Part shown: one piece after another, positions 20,266 through 29,533 of the stretch
Layout: every line of letters starts with the position of its first letter
Position numbering within the stretch: position 1 is the first letter of the stretch
DNA from: Candidatus Latescibacterota bacterium
Lineage (GTDB): Bacteria; Latescibacterota; UBA2968; UBA8231
Direction of reading: 5' to 3'
Assembly (NCBI GenBank): GCA_965217585.1
Contig: OZ244561.1
Coordinates: 576,001-640,000 of the forward strand
DNA: 64,000 nt
Notes under the pieces: model-generated
Told to the model about the DNA's origin: nothing
Seen by the model: the letters and a program-made list of their open reading frames with translations, nothing else
Database searches by the model: none
Position numbers and translations under genes: made by a program

Positions 20266-20744
20266 CGTTCCTGTGGATCATACCACTGGCCGTGGCCATC
20301 GATCAAGCTAGTAAATTCATCGTCCGCGGCTCCATGGCGCTGCACCAGTCCGAGCCTGTGCTGGGCGACTTTTTCCGCCTGACCTACATCCACAACCCAG
20401 GCGCAGCCTTCGGGCTGAACGTGGGCAGCCCGCTTCTGCACACCGCCTTCTCGATCCTCGCACTCGGCATCCTCGTGTACCTCTATCGCTCGCTCGCCGA
20501 GAACGAGCGGCTCTTGCGCCTAGCCCTCTGCCTAGTACTAGGGGGTGCCGTGGGCAACATCATCGACCGCCTGTACTTGGGGGAAGTGGTGGATTTTTTC
20601 GACTTCGGCCTCGGGGATTTGCGCTGGCCGATCTTCAACTTTGCCGATTCCTTCGTCACCGTCGGCGTCTTGCTCTTGGCCTTGGGCTACTCGCGCCGCG
20701 AAAAAGCCCCGGCTGCCCCTGTAGAGGAAGCCGCCCCCAGTTAA
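20262..20744 (+). CDS. lspA: Lipoprotein signal peptidase II
   Basis: DQASK, NPGAAFG, GGAVGNIIDR, VVDF, FNFAD. Confidence 0.95.
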   Translation: MTFLWIIPLAVAIDQASKFIVRGSMALHQSEPVLGDFFRLTYIHNPGAAFGLNVGSPLLHTAFSILALGILVYLYRSLAENERLLRLALCLVLGGAVGNIIDRLYLGEVVDFFDFGLGDLRWPIFNFADSFVTVGVLLLALGYSRREKAPAAPVEEAAPS

Positions 20745-20748
20745 CGCC

Positions 20749-21699
20749 ATGCACCTCGCCGTTGACGCCGAGGCTCCCGAGCGGCTCGATCTCTTTCTAC
20801 GCCACCGCTGTCCCGAGCTTTCTCGGAGCCGCATCCAAACGCTGATCAAGTCCGGAGCGATTCGCGTCAATGGCGCGCAGACGCGCCCGGCCTACTTGAT
20901 CCAGTCCGGGGACGAGATCGCCGTCGAACTGCCCGCGCCCGAGCCGCTAGCCGCGCGCCCCGAGCCAGTGCCCCTATCCATCGCGTACGAAGACGACGAC
21001 CTGCTGGTCGTAGACAAGGCGGCCGGCATGACCGTACATCCGGCCCCGGGCGCAGCCGAGGGCACCCTCGTCAACGCGCTGTTGCACCACTGCCGCAACC
21101 TATCGGGCATCAACGGCACCCTCCGGCCGGGGATCGTCCACCGGCTCGATAAGGAAACGAGCGGTTTGCTCGTGGTGGCCAAGCGCGACACCGCCCACCG
21201 GACGCTGGCTGCAAAATTTCAAGCGCACCAGATCGAACGCCACTACGTAGCCTTGGTGTGGGGCGTCTTGCGCGGGGAAAGCGGGCGAATCGAAGCGCCG
21301 ATTGAGCGCCATCCCAAAAATCGCAAGAAGATGGCCGTAGTCGCCGACGGTCGAGCCGCGGCCACGAACTTCAAGGTCGTCGAGCGCGGCCCTTTTACGA
21401 CCTGGGTCGAGTGCCAGCTAGAAACGGGACGGACGCACCAGATTCGCGTCCACATGGCCCATATCGGCCATCCTGTCTTCGGCGATCTAGTGTACGGGGG
21501 CCGCGACCAAGCCAGAGGGATCCGCCCCGAGTACCGACGTCAAGCCAACTGGATGCTGAGCTTGATCAAACGCCAAGCCCTGCATGCAAAGGAACTGCGC
21601 TTCGCGCATCCGACCACCGGAGAAATGATGGAGTTTACCGCGCCGCTGCCGGAGGATTTGCGGGCCGTATTAGAGGCGGCGCGGATGGAGAGCGGATAG
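20749..21699 (+). CDS. rluD: RluA/RluD family pseudouridine synthase
   Basis: N-terminal S4-like domain, HRLDKETSG, TGRTHQIRVH. Confidence 0.9.
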   Translation: MHLAVDAEAPERLDLFLRHRCPELSRSRIQTLIKSGAIRVNGAQTRPAYLIQSGDEIAVELPAPEPLAARPEPVPLSIAYEDDDLLVVDKAAGMTVHPAPGAAEGTLVNALLHHCRNLSGINGTLRPGIVHRLDKETSGLLVVAKRDTAHRTLAAKFQAHQIERHYVALVWGVLRGESGRIEAPIERHPKNRKKMAVVADGRAAATNFKVVERGPFTTWVECQLETGRTHQIRVHMAHIGHPVFGDLVYGGRDQARGIRPEYRRQANWMLSLIKRQALHAKELRFAHPTTGEMMEFTAPLPEDLRAVLEAARMESG

Positions 21700-21738
21700 T
21701 GCGCGACGACTATAGACAACCGACGAGGAGTACAGCCT

Positions 21739-23100
21739 GTGGACTTTCGACTCAGTAACGACGAGATGCTCGCCTTTATCGCGCGGGGGTACCACATCTT
21801 CCACCCCGCGATCGACGCGGAGATACACCGAGCGGTTTGCGCCCAGACCCGCGCCGCCTTTGTCCAAGGCAAAAATCCCGGCAACGCCATCTACGAGCAG
21901 GTCCCGGCACTTGCGCAGGTATTGTCGCATCCACAGGTGGTGGGGGCGCTGACGAGCCTCTTGGGCGCGGATTATCACCTGCTCTGCCACCGCCATGCCC
22001 ACCTGACCCAACCCGGTCAAGCAGCCGGAGGGTTCCACCAAGACGGAACGCCTCGGGCCTTGCGGGGCTGGACCCGCCCCTGGCGCTATGGTCACCGGCC
22101 GCGCAAGGTGCTGCTGGTGTATTTCCCCCATGCGGTGCCCAAAGAGTTGGGGCCGACGACCTTGGCACCTGGGTCGCAGTACTATCGGCAGCGTCCCGAG
22201 GCGATGGAGGCCTTGGAATGCGGGGTCGAGGGCGAGGCTGGTGTGATGGCTATCTGCCATTTTTCTTGTTGGCACCGGGCTGGGGCCAATACAAGCGGCT
22301 CCGAGCGGATTATGCTCAAATTTGTCTTCGACCGCCGGGGCGAGCCGCGCGGGCCTAGCTGGAAGGCCGCAGCGGACTACAATCCCGATTTTGCGGCAAC
22401 CGCGCGCCAATGGTCGGCGCGCCCCGACGGGCGCTTGTTGTGCCTTCCCAAGACTTGGCAGACGATGTGGAACTGGCTTGGCGGCCGCGGGGCCGAACGG
22501 CTCGGAGGCACGGCGTCGGTGGACTCGCTATGCAAAGGCTTGGCGTCGGAGCAGGAGCACGAGGCCCTAGAGGCGGCCTATGGACTGGGTGGGCAAGTAG
22601 ATGCCGATGGGGCGAGGGCTTTAGTCGCCCGGATGCGCCACGGGGACGAGCAAGAGCGCGAGATGGCGGCGGTGGCGCTGAGTGCGGCGGGCCGCGTCGC
22701 CGTAGATGCGCTGCGCGAGACGCTGGCGGACCCCGATCCGTGGCTACGGGCGATGGCCGCGGATATCGCGGGTGATCTGGGGCGCGAAAGCCTAGCGCTG
22801 GTGCCCGATATGGAGCGCGCTATAGACGACGCGGATGTCTGGGTGCGGCACAATGCGCTACAGACGCTGTCACTATGGGGCCGGGAGGCGCGCGGTGCGG
22901 AGGAGCGGGTAGTAGAGGCGCTGACCGACGCCGAGCCTTTTGTGCGCTTTAACGCCCTCGGCGCGCTGATGAATATGCGTCCCTTGGATGCGCGTTGTGC
23001 CGAGTGGCTGCAGCACGTCGCCGCCAACGATGAAGCGCAGCCCCAATGGCAGGCACAAGATGCGTTGCGACGGTGGGATAACGCGGCGTTGCGCTATTAG
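21739..23100 (+). CDS. Phytanoyl-CoA dioxygenase-like domain fused to HEAT/PBS-lyase repeats
   Basis: FHQD and WHRAGAN..R Fe(II)/2OG motifs; C-terminal D.D.WVR..A repeats. Confidence 0.7.
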   Translation: MDFRLSNDEMLAFIARGYHIFHPAIDAEIHRAVCAQTRAAFVQGKNPGNAIYEQVPALAQVLSHPQVVGALTSLLGADYHLLCHRHAHLTQPGQAAGGFHQDGTPRALRGWTRPWRYGHRPRKVLLVYFPHAVPKELGPTTLAPGSQYYRQRPEAMEALECGVEGEAGVMAICHFSCWHRAGANTSGSERIMLKFVFDRRGEPRGPSWKAAADYNPDFAATARQWSARPDGRLLCLPKTWQTMWNWLGGRGAERLGGTASVDSLCKGLASEQEHEALEAAYGLGGQVDADGARALVARMRHGDEQEREMAAVALSAAGRVAVDALRETLADPDPWLRAMAADIAGDLGRESLALVPDMERAIDDADVWVRHNALQTLSLWGREARGAEERVVEALTDAEPFVRFNALGALMNMRPLDARCAEWLQHVAANDEAQPQWQAQDALRRWDNAALRY

Positions 23101-23152
23101 CCAAAGAACAGATAGAGAGCGGCCAGATCGGATTCAACTAAAAGGAAAAGCC

Positions 23153-24568
23153 ATGCACGAGACCAACCTACTGAGAGCCGGAGCGGCGATGATCGACATC
23201 ACCCCGCCCGCAGGTACGCATTTATCAGGTAGCGGGGCTGGCGAACACCGCCCTGCTCAGGCCGTGATGGATCCACTCTTTGCCAAAGCTATCGTCTTTG
23301 AGGTCGGCGCGCGGCGCATCTGCATGGTGATATTAGATCTCACCATTGTCACCGGCGACTACACGGACCAAATCCGCGCCGCCATCGGCGATCAAACGGG
23401 TCTAGCACCGGAGGCGATCATGGTCCAGGCGACCCAAACGCATTCCGCCCCGAGCCTCGGCTACTTTATGCTGGATCCAGATTTCCCATTGGAGACCACC
23501 GAGGAGACCGAGTATCTGCGCGGGGCCGAACGCGCCTACGGCGACCGGGCCGCTGCCGCCGCAGTCGAGGCCGCAGTCGAGGCGATGAGCAAGCTGCAAC
23601 CTGTGCGCATCGGTTTGGGGCGCGGCGTGTTGGGCGACTTGGCTTTCAATCGCCGTGGCGTGCGCCGCGACGGCACCATCGCCATGCCCAAGCCGCAGGG
23701 TCGGGAGCAGCAGCCGTTCGGGATCGCGGATATCTGCTATCTCGAAGGACCGATGGACCCGGAAGTCGGCGTGTGCTGTATACAGGATATGGACATGCAG
23801 CCGCTGGCCTTTCTCCTGCACTACACCTGTCACCCGGTCAATGCGTTCGGGTACCGCGAGACCTACCGGGCCGTGTCGGCGGATTGGCCTGGCGCTTGGG
23901 CGCGGGAGATGCAGCAGCTATTCGGTGGCAACACAGTACCGTTGGTCGTCAACGGCTGTTGCGGCAACATCAACCCCTGGCATCCCTTCGACTCGGACTG
24001 CCGGCCGGATCACCAGCGGATGGGGCGCGAATTGGCCCAGATGAGCGAACGAATCGTGCACAATATGGCGTTTGCCAGCGGCGCTGCGTTGGATTGTAGA
24101 ATCGAAAAGGTCGGCCTGCCCTTGCGCGAGATTCCGGCCGAGCGCTTGCGCGAGGTCAACGCGATTCTCGCTGAGAACCCGCAACCGCCGCGCGGATCAA
24201 ACGGCGAAGTGGATCCGCACTGGTTTCGGGCCGCATCGACCCACAGCGTCGAACTAGCCCGGCAGCGGGACGCTGAATTCCCCTATGAGATCCAGGCTTT
24301 CCGCATCGGCGACCTCGGCGTAATCGGCCTGCCTGGCGAACCTTTTGTCGAAGGACAACTCGCGCTCAAAACGAACTCAGCGGCACCGTTTCTCTTTCCG
24401 GCGCATCTCACGACGCACTATGTCGGCTACCTACCGACGCGAGCGGCCTACGCCCGAGGCGGACACGAGGCCAACGAAGACGTTACCTACTGGGCCAAGC
24501 TCGCCCCCGGCAGCCTCGAAACGGTCGTCGAGCAGGCCCGGACGCTGGTAGAAGAACTGTTTGTATAA
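23153..24568 (+). CDS. Neutral/alkaline ceramidase-like hydrolase
   Basis: AGAAMIDITPP, ATQTHSAP, HYTCHP, SADWPG, GCCGNINP, LPGEPFVE, GYLPT. Confidence 0.7.
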   Translation: MHETNLLRAGAAMIDITPPAGTHLSGSGAGEHRPAQAVMDPLFAKAIVFEVGARRICMVILDLTIVTGDYTDQIRAAIGDQTGLAPEAIMVQATQTHSAPSLGYFMLDPDFPLETTEETEYLRGAERAYGDRAAAAAVEAAVEAMSKLQPVRIGLGRGVLGDLAFNRRGVRRDGTIAMPKPQGREQQPFGIADICYLEGPMDPEVGVCCIQDMDMQPLAFLLHYTCHPVNAFGYRETYRAVSADWPGAWAREMQQLFGGNTVPLVVNGCCGNINPWHPFDSDCRPDHQRMGRELAQMSERIVHNMAFASGAALDCRIEKVGLPLREIPAERLREVNAILAENPQPPRGSNGEVDPHWFRAASTHSVELARQRDAEFPYEIQAFRIGDLGVIGLPGEPFVEGQLALKTNSAAPFLFPAHLTTHYVGYLPTRAAYARGGHEANEDVTYWAKLAPGSLETVVEQARTLVEELFV

Positions 24569-24629
24569 GCTAGGGGGATCGCAGGCGTTCACATGCGGGT
24601 GGATGGGGAACCAAATTTACTAAACAGAG

Positions 24630-25268
24630 CTAGCCGCTAAACGCCTTGAACGCTAGCCCGGCAATCGCTAAGATCGTCGTTATCTGAAGTGGTACAACCC
24701 AGCGGTATAATCGGTCAATTTTGGTTTCCAGCGACTCCCGAGTGGCGTCGATTTTGTCGTCCAGTGACTCGCGGGTAGTGTCGATCTTGGTTTCCAGCGA
24801 CTCCCGAGTGGCGTCGATTTTGTCGTCCAGTGACTCGCGGGTAGTGTCGATCTTGGTTTCCAACGACTCCCGAGTGGCGTCGATTTTGTCGTCCAGTGAC
24901 TCGCGGGTAGTGTCGATCTTGGTTTCCAACGACTCCCGAGTGGCGTCGATTTTGTTGTCTAACACCGCACGAGTGGCGTCGATTTTACCGTCGAATGCCT
25001 CGCGGGTGGCGTCGATTTTGCCGTCGAGCGCCGCATGATTGGCGTCGATTTTAGTTTCCAGCGACTCCCGGGTAGCGTCAATTTTGGTTTCCAGCGACTC
25101 CCGGGTAGCGTCAATTTTGCCGTCGAGTGCCGCATGATTGGCGTCGATTTTGGTTTCGATGCGACCCAGCCGCACGTCGATTTGCTCGACAATGCCCTCT
25201 AGCCGGGCGATGCGCCCCTCGTGGTCTAACGGATACGGACGCTCTGGCGGCGGATGGTGCTCACTCAC
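24630..25268 (-). CDS. Coiled-coil repeat protein with C-terminal transmembrane anchor (DUF1640/CCDC90-like)
   Basis: GTG start with GGAGG RBS; about 13 KIDATRESLET-type 11-aa repeats; hydrophobic C-terminus. Confidence 0.7.
   Translation of the reverse strand: MSEHHPPPERPYPLDHEGRIARLEGIVEQIDVRLGRIETKIDANHAALDGKIDATRESLETKIDATRESLETKIDANHAALDGKIDATREAFDGKIDATRAVLDNKIDATRESLETKIDTTRESLDDKIDATRESLETKIDTTRESLDDKIDATRESLETKIDTTRESLDDKIDATRESLETKIDRLYRWVVPLQITTILAIAGLAFKAFSG
24712..25160. repeat. In-frame 33-bp tandem repeat array, partly with a 66-bp higher-order period
   Basis: Recurring GTCGATTTT/GTCAATTTT..GACTCCCG units every 33 nt. Confidence 0.9.
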
Positions 25269-25348
25269 GATCCGACCTCCTCGGTGTTAAAGCGTGAACA
25301 GCGCGAAACCCCCGCCCCGGATACTCGCAAGATCCATGCCACGGCGGC

Positions 25349-25377
25349 AGTGTAGTGGGGAGGACGGGGCCGTGCAA
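25349..25377 (-). promoter_or_regulatory. Sigma70-like promoter of the repeat-protein gene
   Basis: Minus strand TTGCAC-17 nt-TACACT. Confidence 0.5.
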
Positions 25378-25498
25378 GTCAGACTGTATCGGGCACAACC
25401 CATCCATGAGACCTTTAGGGAGCACCCCCAAAAAGAGTAGTGCGTCAGGTTGAAAATTTCAATCCCTTGGTAAAGAGACAAAACATCCAAGAAAATTC

Positions 25499-25522
25499 AA
25501 ACTGACGGATTATCGTCAGTTT
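25499..25522. terminator. Intrinsic terminator hairpin at the end of the KAP NTPase gene
   Basis: AAACTGACG-gattat-CGTCAGTTT with flanking A/T runs, adjacent to the stop codon. Confidence 0.6.
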
Positions 25523-25524
25523 TT

Positions 25525-27579
25525 TTACTCAAAGGGATCGTCTCTCCAGCCGCCGAGGTATTTGTCTGCAAGTCCTAGAAGATCATCTGCGCCATCGAGC
25601 TTTGCAGCCTTCAGACTCTCAATCCGTTCCTTCAGCGTTGCCTCGTCGCCGTAAAGCTCAGTCAGAGCATCCCAAAATAAACGCGGAGAGCGTTGGACTG
25701 CCCGGCTTCCCTCTGCTTGGCTCTTGATCTCATCATAAGCAGCACGAAGCAGAGCTAACGTCAATTTAGGTGTGCTGTCGATTTTGAACGGGCTTTCCGA
25801 CGGACACGCAGCCTGCTTCATACAAAGAAAAATCCTTAAAAGTTCATGCTCACCCGCCAGAGTATCAACCGAGGCTGATCGCACTTCTTCACTCCAAGCC
25901 TTCTCAAACTCTGATGCCATTCGTTCCGATACCAACTTATGGCCGACGCGCTCGCGATACCCGACAATGTTGATTAGTTCCAATTTAGAAGATAGGGACC
26001 TTAGTTCAGGTAGGACTTGGCATACCGCTTTTTCGACTTTAGCAGGGTCATTCAGCGATCTCAAGAGGCGGAGTATGACACGAGTGACAGAACTTTTGGA
26101 AGGCCCACCAAACATGCCCCTCCGCCGCTCGGGAAGCGGTAAAAGATTGAGCAATACGATCGTTCCCGGTACTACGTGTTCTGAGGCGAACTCTTCCTCA
26201 AACATCTCTAATGATGCGATAACATCCTGTAGTTGTGCCTGGTCAATAGAACGCAAGTAGTTATCGAAAGCATCGCGGTCAGCGATGTATTTCCATGCCT
26301 GTTCTGCTCCCATAACGGCTTGCAGATTTTCATTTGTGAAACGCTCCAAGTAAAGCCGCAGAATATCCTCATGAGCGACGCGACGCTCCTTAAGCCATTC
26401 CTCCTTCCGGCTACTACCGAAGAGGTTGCCACCGATATAGTACTCCCCAGCCGGAAAGAGTAGTCTAATCATACTTTCAACGACGCGATTTTCATCTTTA
26501 GCGGTCTCAATCAAGCCATTGACCTGTGTCTTAAGGTGAGCCTGATCGCTGTGGGTGGCAGAGGCGGAATTGAAATCTGTTGTAAGACCGTCAATAGCAC
26601 CATGCAAGAGCTTGAAAACATCTGGAAGGAATATGCGAATAGCTTCGAGTGCGAGTAGGTCGGCAAGCGCAATTTGTCCATCGAGGGATGTTACAGCGCT
26701 GTGGATGGCAGCAGCGTATCGTCTAACATCTCGCATGTTTCGGATAAGTGGCCGGATGATCTCCATGAAGATATCTGGCCAGACTTGCTTATCAAACGGG
26801 CCGGTATTTTCGATGTTGTCAAGGGCCTTATCCAAGGCCGAGGTTACCTGCTGGTGTAGCACATGACTAGGCACTACAGGCAAATCCTCTGGGAATTGAA
26901 GGATTTTCTCCAAATAGTCGCGCCCCGGTATTCCCTGCTCATCGAGTGCCTTTTCGACGCGATCCCGGTCAAAGGCCACGATATAAATGATATTGGGAAA
27001 GTTGGCCGTTAGCCGAACTAGCTTGAAAACATCTCGAATTTCAGATGTCGCCAACCGATCAATGTCGTCGAGTACAACCACAATCGGTTCGTTGAGAGCA
27101 GAAAGAGCTTTTTCAATCTTGCGTCGCCGACCACCAACACCTTCCTTCCGACGCTGAAGGAACTTGCCTCCGATTTTCATTGCACTGCGAATTCGCTCAG
27201 ACCATACACCGACAACAGGCAACCATCCTAAGCCGGAGAATATCTCTCCATACGCCTCAAAATCTTTGCCTATCTCGGCAAGGTCACTATGAATCTTCAG
27301 TTGGGCGGCGAGTTCGATAAAAAACGACTCGACGAGTTGCGCTGCACCACTAAACATCCACGGATTAAAGTCGAGTATGGGGACTTCGGCCTTCTTAAAC
27401 TCATTCCGGGCAAGGTTGATAAAAGACGTTTTTCCAGAACCCCAAGGACCAAGGACGCCGACTACAACCCCCTCCTTGGTATCAAGGGCGAGTACATGCT
27501 GAGCAAAATTTTGAGCGGTAGAAATTCTACCGATAGCATCATCTTCGGGATTTTTTATAGGATTGTCGCCAACGATCAT
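25525..27579 (-). CDS. KAP-family P-loop NTPase
   Basis: DNPI..EDDAIGR, Walker A GPWGSGKTS, FNPWMFS, Walker B VVVLDDIDRL, YLEKILQ; lower GC than flanks; ATG 27579 has a GGAG RBS. Confidence 0.9.
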   Translation of the reverse strand: MIVGDNPIKNPEDDAIGRISTAQNFAQHVLALDTKEGVVVGVLGPWGSGKTSFINLARNEFKKAEVPILDFNPWMFSGAAQLVESFFIELAAQLKIHSDLAEIGKDFEAYGEIFSGLGWLPVVGVWSERIRSAMKIGGKFLQRRKEGVGGRRRKIEKALSALNEPIVVVLDDIDRLATSEIRDVFKLVRLTANFPNIIYIVAFDRDRVEKALDEQGIPGRDYLEKILQFPEDLPVVPSHVLHQQVTSALDKALDNIENTGPFDKQVWPDIFMEIIRPLIRNMRDVRRYAAAIHSAVTSLDGQIALADLLALEAIRIFLPDVFKLLHGAIDGLTTDFNSASATHSDQAHLKTQVNGLIETAKDENRVVESMIRLLFPAGEYYIGGNLFGSSRKEEWLKERRVAHEDILRLYLERFTNENLQAVMGAEQAWKYIADRDAFDNYLRSIDQAQLQDVIASLEMFEEEFASEHVVPGTIVLLNLLPLPERRRGMFGGPSKSSVTRVILRLLRSLNDPAKVEKAVCQVLPELRSLSSKLELINIVGYRERVGHKLVSERMASEFEKAWSEEVRSASVDTLAGEHELLRIFLCMKQAACPSESPFKIDSTPKLTLALLRAAYDEIKSQAEGSRAVQRSPRLFWDALTELYGDEATLKERIESLKAAKLDGADDLLGLADKYLGGWRDDPFE

Positions 27580-27734
27580 CACGTATCTCCTATGCAAATC
27601 GGGATGTTGTGGAATGAATCCGTATTCGCTCTTCCATGCAGCCTTCAAATAAAAAATAGGCTCCTTAGTAGAATGAGCATGACTTCCGGCCGAGAAAACT
27701 GATACCCGCGTCTTCGTCACGCCGCCTGTCGGGA

Positions 27735-27780
27735 TTGACGCGGTGCAGGCATGACAGTAGATTCATGATGTCATGCCTGC
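27735..27780 (+). promoter_or_regulatory. Toxin-antitoxin promoter with palindromic operator
   Basis: TTGACG-17 nt-TAGATT; perfect 12-bp inverted repeat GCAGGCATGACA (27745-27756) / TGTCATGCCTGC (27769-27780). Confidence 0.7.
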
Positions 27781-28018
27781 TACTCAGATTACCCTTCGCA
27801 ATGTCGATCCCGAACTCTCTCGGCGGCTTCGCGCTGTCAGCGCGGAACGCGGTGAGAGCCTGAACAGCACCGTGCTGCGCCTCCTGAAAGACGCGGTCGG
27901 CTTGGATGCGCGTCGCGACCGCCTGCGCCGATACGTCACATGGACGGCTGACGACCTCTCGGAGTTTACCGATGCGCTACGTGCGCAGCGAGTCGTCGAT
28001 GAACGGTACTGGCAGTGA
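27773..28018 (+). CDS. Ribbon-helix-helix (FitA/Arc-like) antitoxin
   Basis: QITLRNVDPELSRRLR..GESLN; overlaps the PIN gene by GTGA. Confidence 0.8.
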   Translation: MPATQITLRNVDPELSRRLRAVSAERGESLNSTVLRLLKDAVGLDARRDRLRRYVTWTADDLSEFTDALRAQRVVDERYWQ

Positions 28019-28425
28019 ACTCGACCGACCGACTTGTCCTCGACACCAGCGCGTACTCGCACCTGCGTACCGGACATCCTCAAGTGATCGACTATGTGGC
28101 GGACGCGCCGGTAGTCATCATGCCGGTGACAGTGCTCGGAGAGATTGAAGCGGGATTCGAGTTGGGGAGCCGTGTGCAGGAGAATCGCCACGCCCTCGCC
28201 GACTTCCTCAATGAGCCTTTCGTCAGCGTGTTGGACGTCACTTCCGAAACCGTTCGGCACTATGCCCGAATCTTCGTGGCGTTGCGTCGAGCCGGCACAC
28301 CAATCCCCATGAACGATGTGTGGATTGCGGCAGCAACGATGGAATGCCGCGGGTGCCTGTTGACCTTCGATAGCGACTATCGCCACGTCGCAGAACTCGA
28401 CTACACGTTGCTCGACGTGCCTTGA
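28015..28425 (+). CDS. vapC: PIN-domain toxin, VapC family
   Basis: VLDTSAY, VLGE, GTPIPMNDVWIAA, LLTFDSDY. Confidence 0.9.
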   Translation: MNSTDRLVLDTSAYSHLRTGHPQVIDYVADAPVVIMPVTVLGEIEAGFELGSRVQENRHALADFLNEPFVSVLDVTSETVRHYARIFVALRRAGTPIPMNDVWIAAATMECRGCLLTFDSDYRHVAELDYTLLDVP

Positions 28426-28489
28426 CAGCTATCGTTTGGAGCACAAGCATCCTCGCTCGCCGTAGGTTTTTCTCCCCACTTTTACCTCG

Positions 28490-29521
28490 TCAGCTACTGA
28501 ACCCAACTTCGCGCTCCCCTCTGTCGGCCGCCTCCTGAATGCGCAGGACGTTACGCGTCGAGCGCAGTACCGCAGCGGTGTCGAGGCCGTTGGCGGGCAT
28601 TTTGCCGGCGATGTCGTCGAGGAAGGAGCGCAGGTAGCCGCCCGCTTGAGCCGGGGGTAGTGGCTCGATTCGCACGGTGGCGTCTTCCCTGCCGAGCACT
28701 TGAATGTCCTTGGCCGTAGTCGAAGTCTCGATTACTCCATCCCTGCCCCAAAACGTGGTCCGCCAGTAGTAAGGCATCTTGTAGCCAGCCCTATCGGGTG
28801 CGAAGTACGACACGTCGCCCAAGACCCCGCAGCCGTTGTCCATCTCCAGCATCATCTGCCCCGCATCCTCCAAGTGAAGACCCTCGGGGGCAAAGGCTCT
28901 CCAGCAGCGGGCGGCGTTGATTTTCGCCCACTGGCGGCCAGTGACCCAAGGCAAAGCGTCGATGACGTGGATGCCAATATCGGTGATGGTGCCGCCGTGC
29001 TTGCCCTGTTCAAAGTACCAGCCGGGCCGCGAACCCAAGAGCAGCGGGTGTTGGCCACCAAAGGCGACGGCGTGGACCTCGCCGATGCGGCCGGCTTGGA
29101 TCAGGTTGCGCGCACCGATAACCGGGGCGGCATCGCGCATAGTCAACATGCAGCCGACCTTGAGGTTTTTCTCGCGCGCCAGCGCCTCAATGCGGTCGAG
29201 GTCGGCCATCTTAGTACACAGGGGTTTGTCGCTGATGACGTGTTTGCCGCGTGTGAGGGCTTCGATTAGCACCGGGCCGCGACCGGCGAAATAAGTGCCG
29301 GTCGCGACGATATCGCAGTCCACCTCGTCGAGCATCTGCTCGATCCGGTCGTGGGTGATCTCGGCGCGGCCCTTTGCGTGGATTTCGGCGCACGTCTCGG
29401 CGTGCTCCTCGCAGGCAGCTACCACTTCGAGCGCAGCCGAAGCGCGGGCCAGTGAGTAGAGGTCGAAGATGTGGCCGTGCCGGAAGCCGGCGAAGGCGAT
29501 CTTGTGAGGAGCTTCACCCAT
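28490..29521 (-). CDS. Gfo/Idh/MocA family oxidoreductase
   Basis: GKHVISDKP, GGTITDIGIHVID. Confidence 0.85.
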   Translation of the reverse strand: MGEAPHKIAFAGFRHGHIFDLYSLARASAALEVVAACEEHAETCAEIHAKGRAEITHDRIEQMLDEVDCDIVATGTYFAGRGPVLIEALTRGKHVISDKPLCTKMADLDRIEALAREKNLKVGCMLTMRDAAPVIGARNLIQAGRIGEVHAVAFGGQHPLLLGSRPGWYFEQGKHGGTITDIGIHVIDALPWVTGRQWAKINAARCWRAFAPEGLHLEDAGQMMLEMDNGCGVLGDVSYFAPDRAGYKMPYYWRTTFWGRDGVIETSTTAKDIQVLGREDATVRIEPLPPAQAGGYLRSFLDDIAGKMPANGLDTAAVLRSTRNVLRIQEAADRGEREVGFSS

Positions 29522-29533
29522 CCCTACCTCTGA

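Noticed and set aside
24712-25160. Possible CRISPR array
   Set aside because: Repeats are contiguous, have no unique spacers, keep a reading frame, and no cas genes are nearby.
24570-28490. Terminal repeats delimiting the KAP/TA islet
   Set aside because: Only weak similarity around TGGGGA; no convincing direct or inverted repeats and no transposase.
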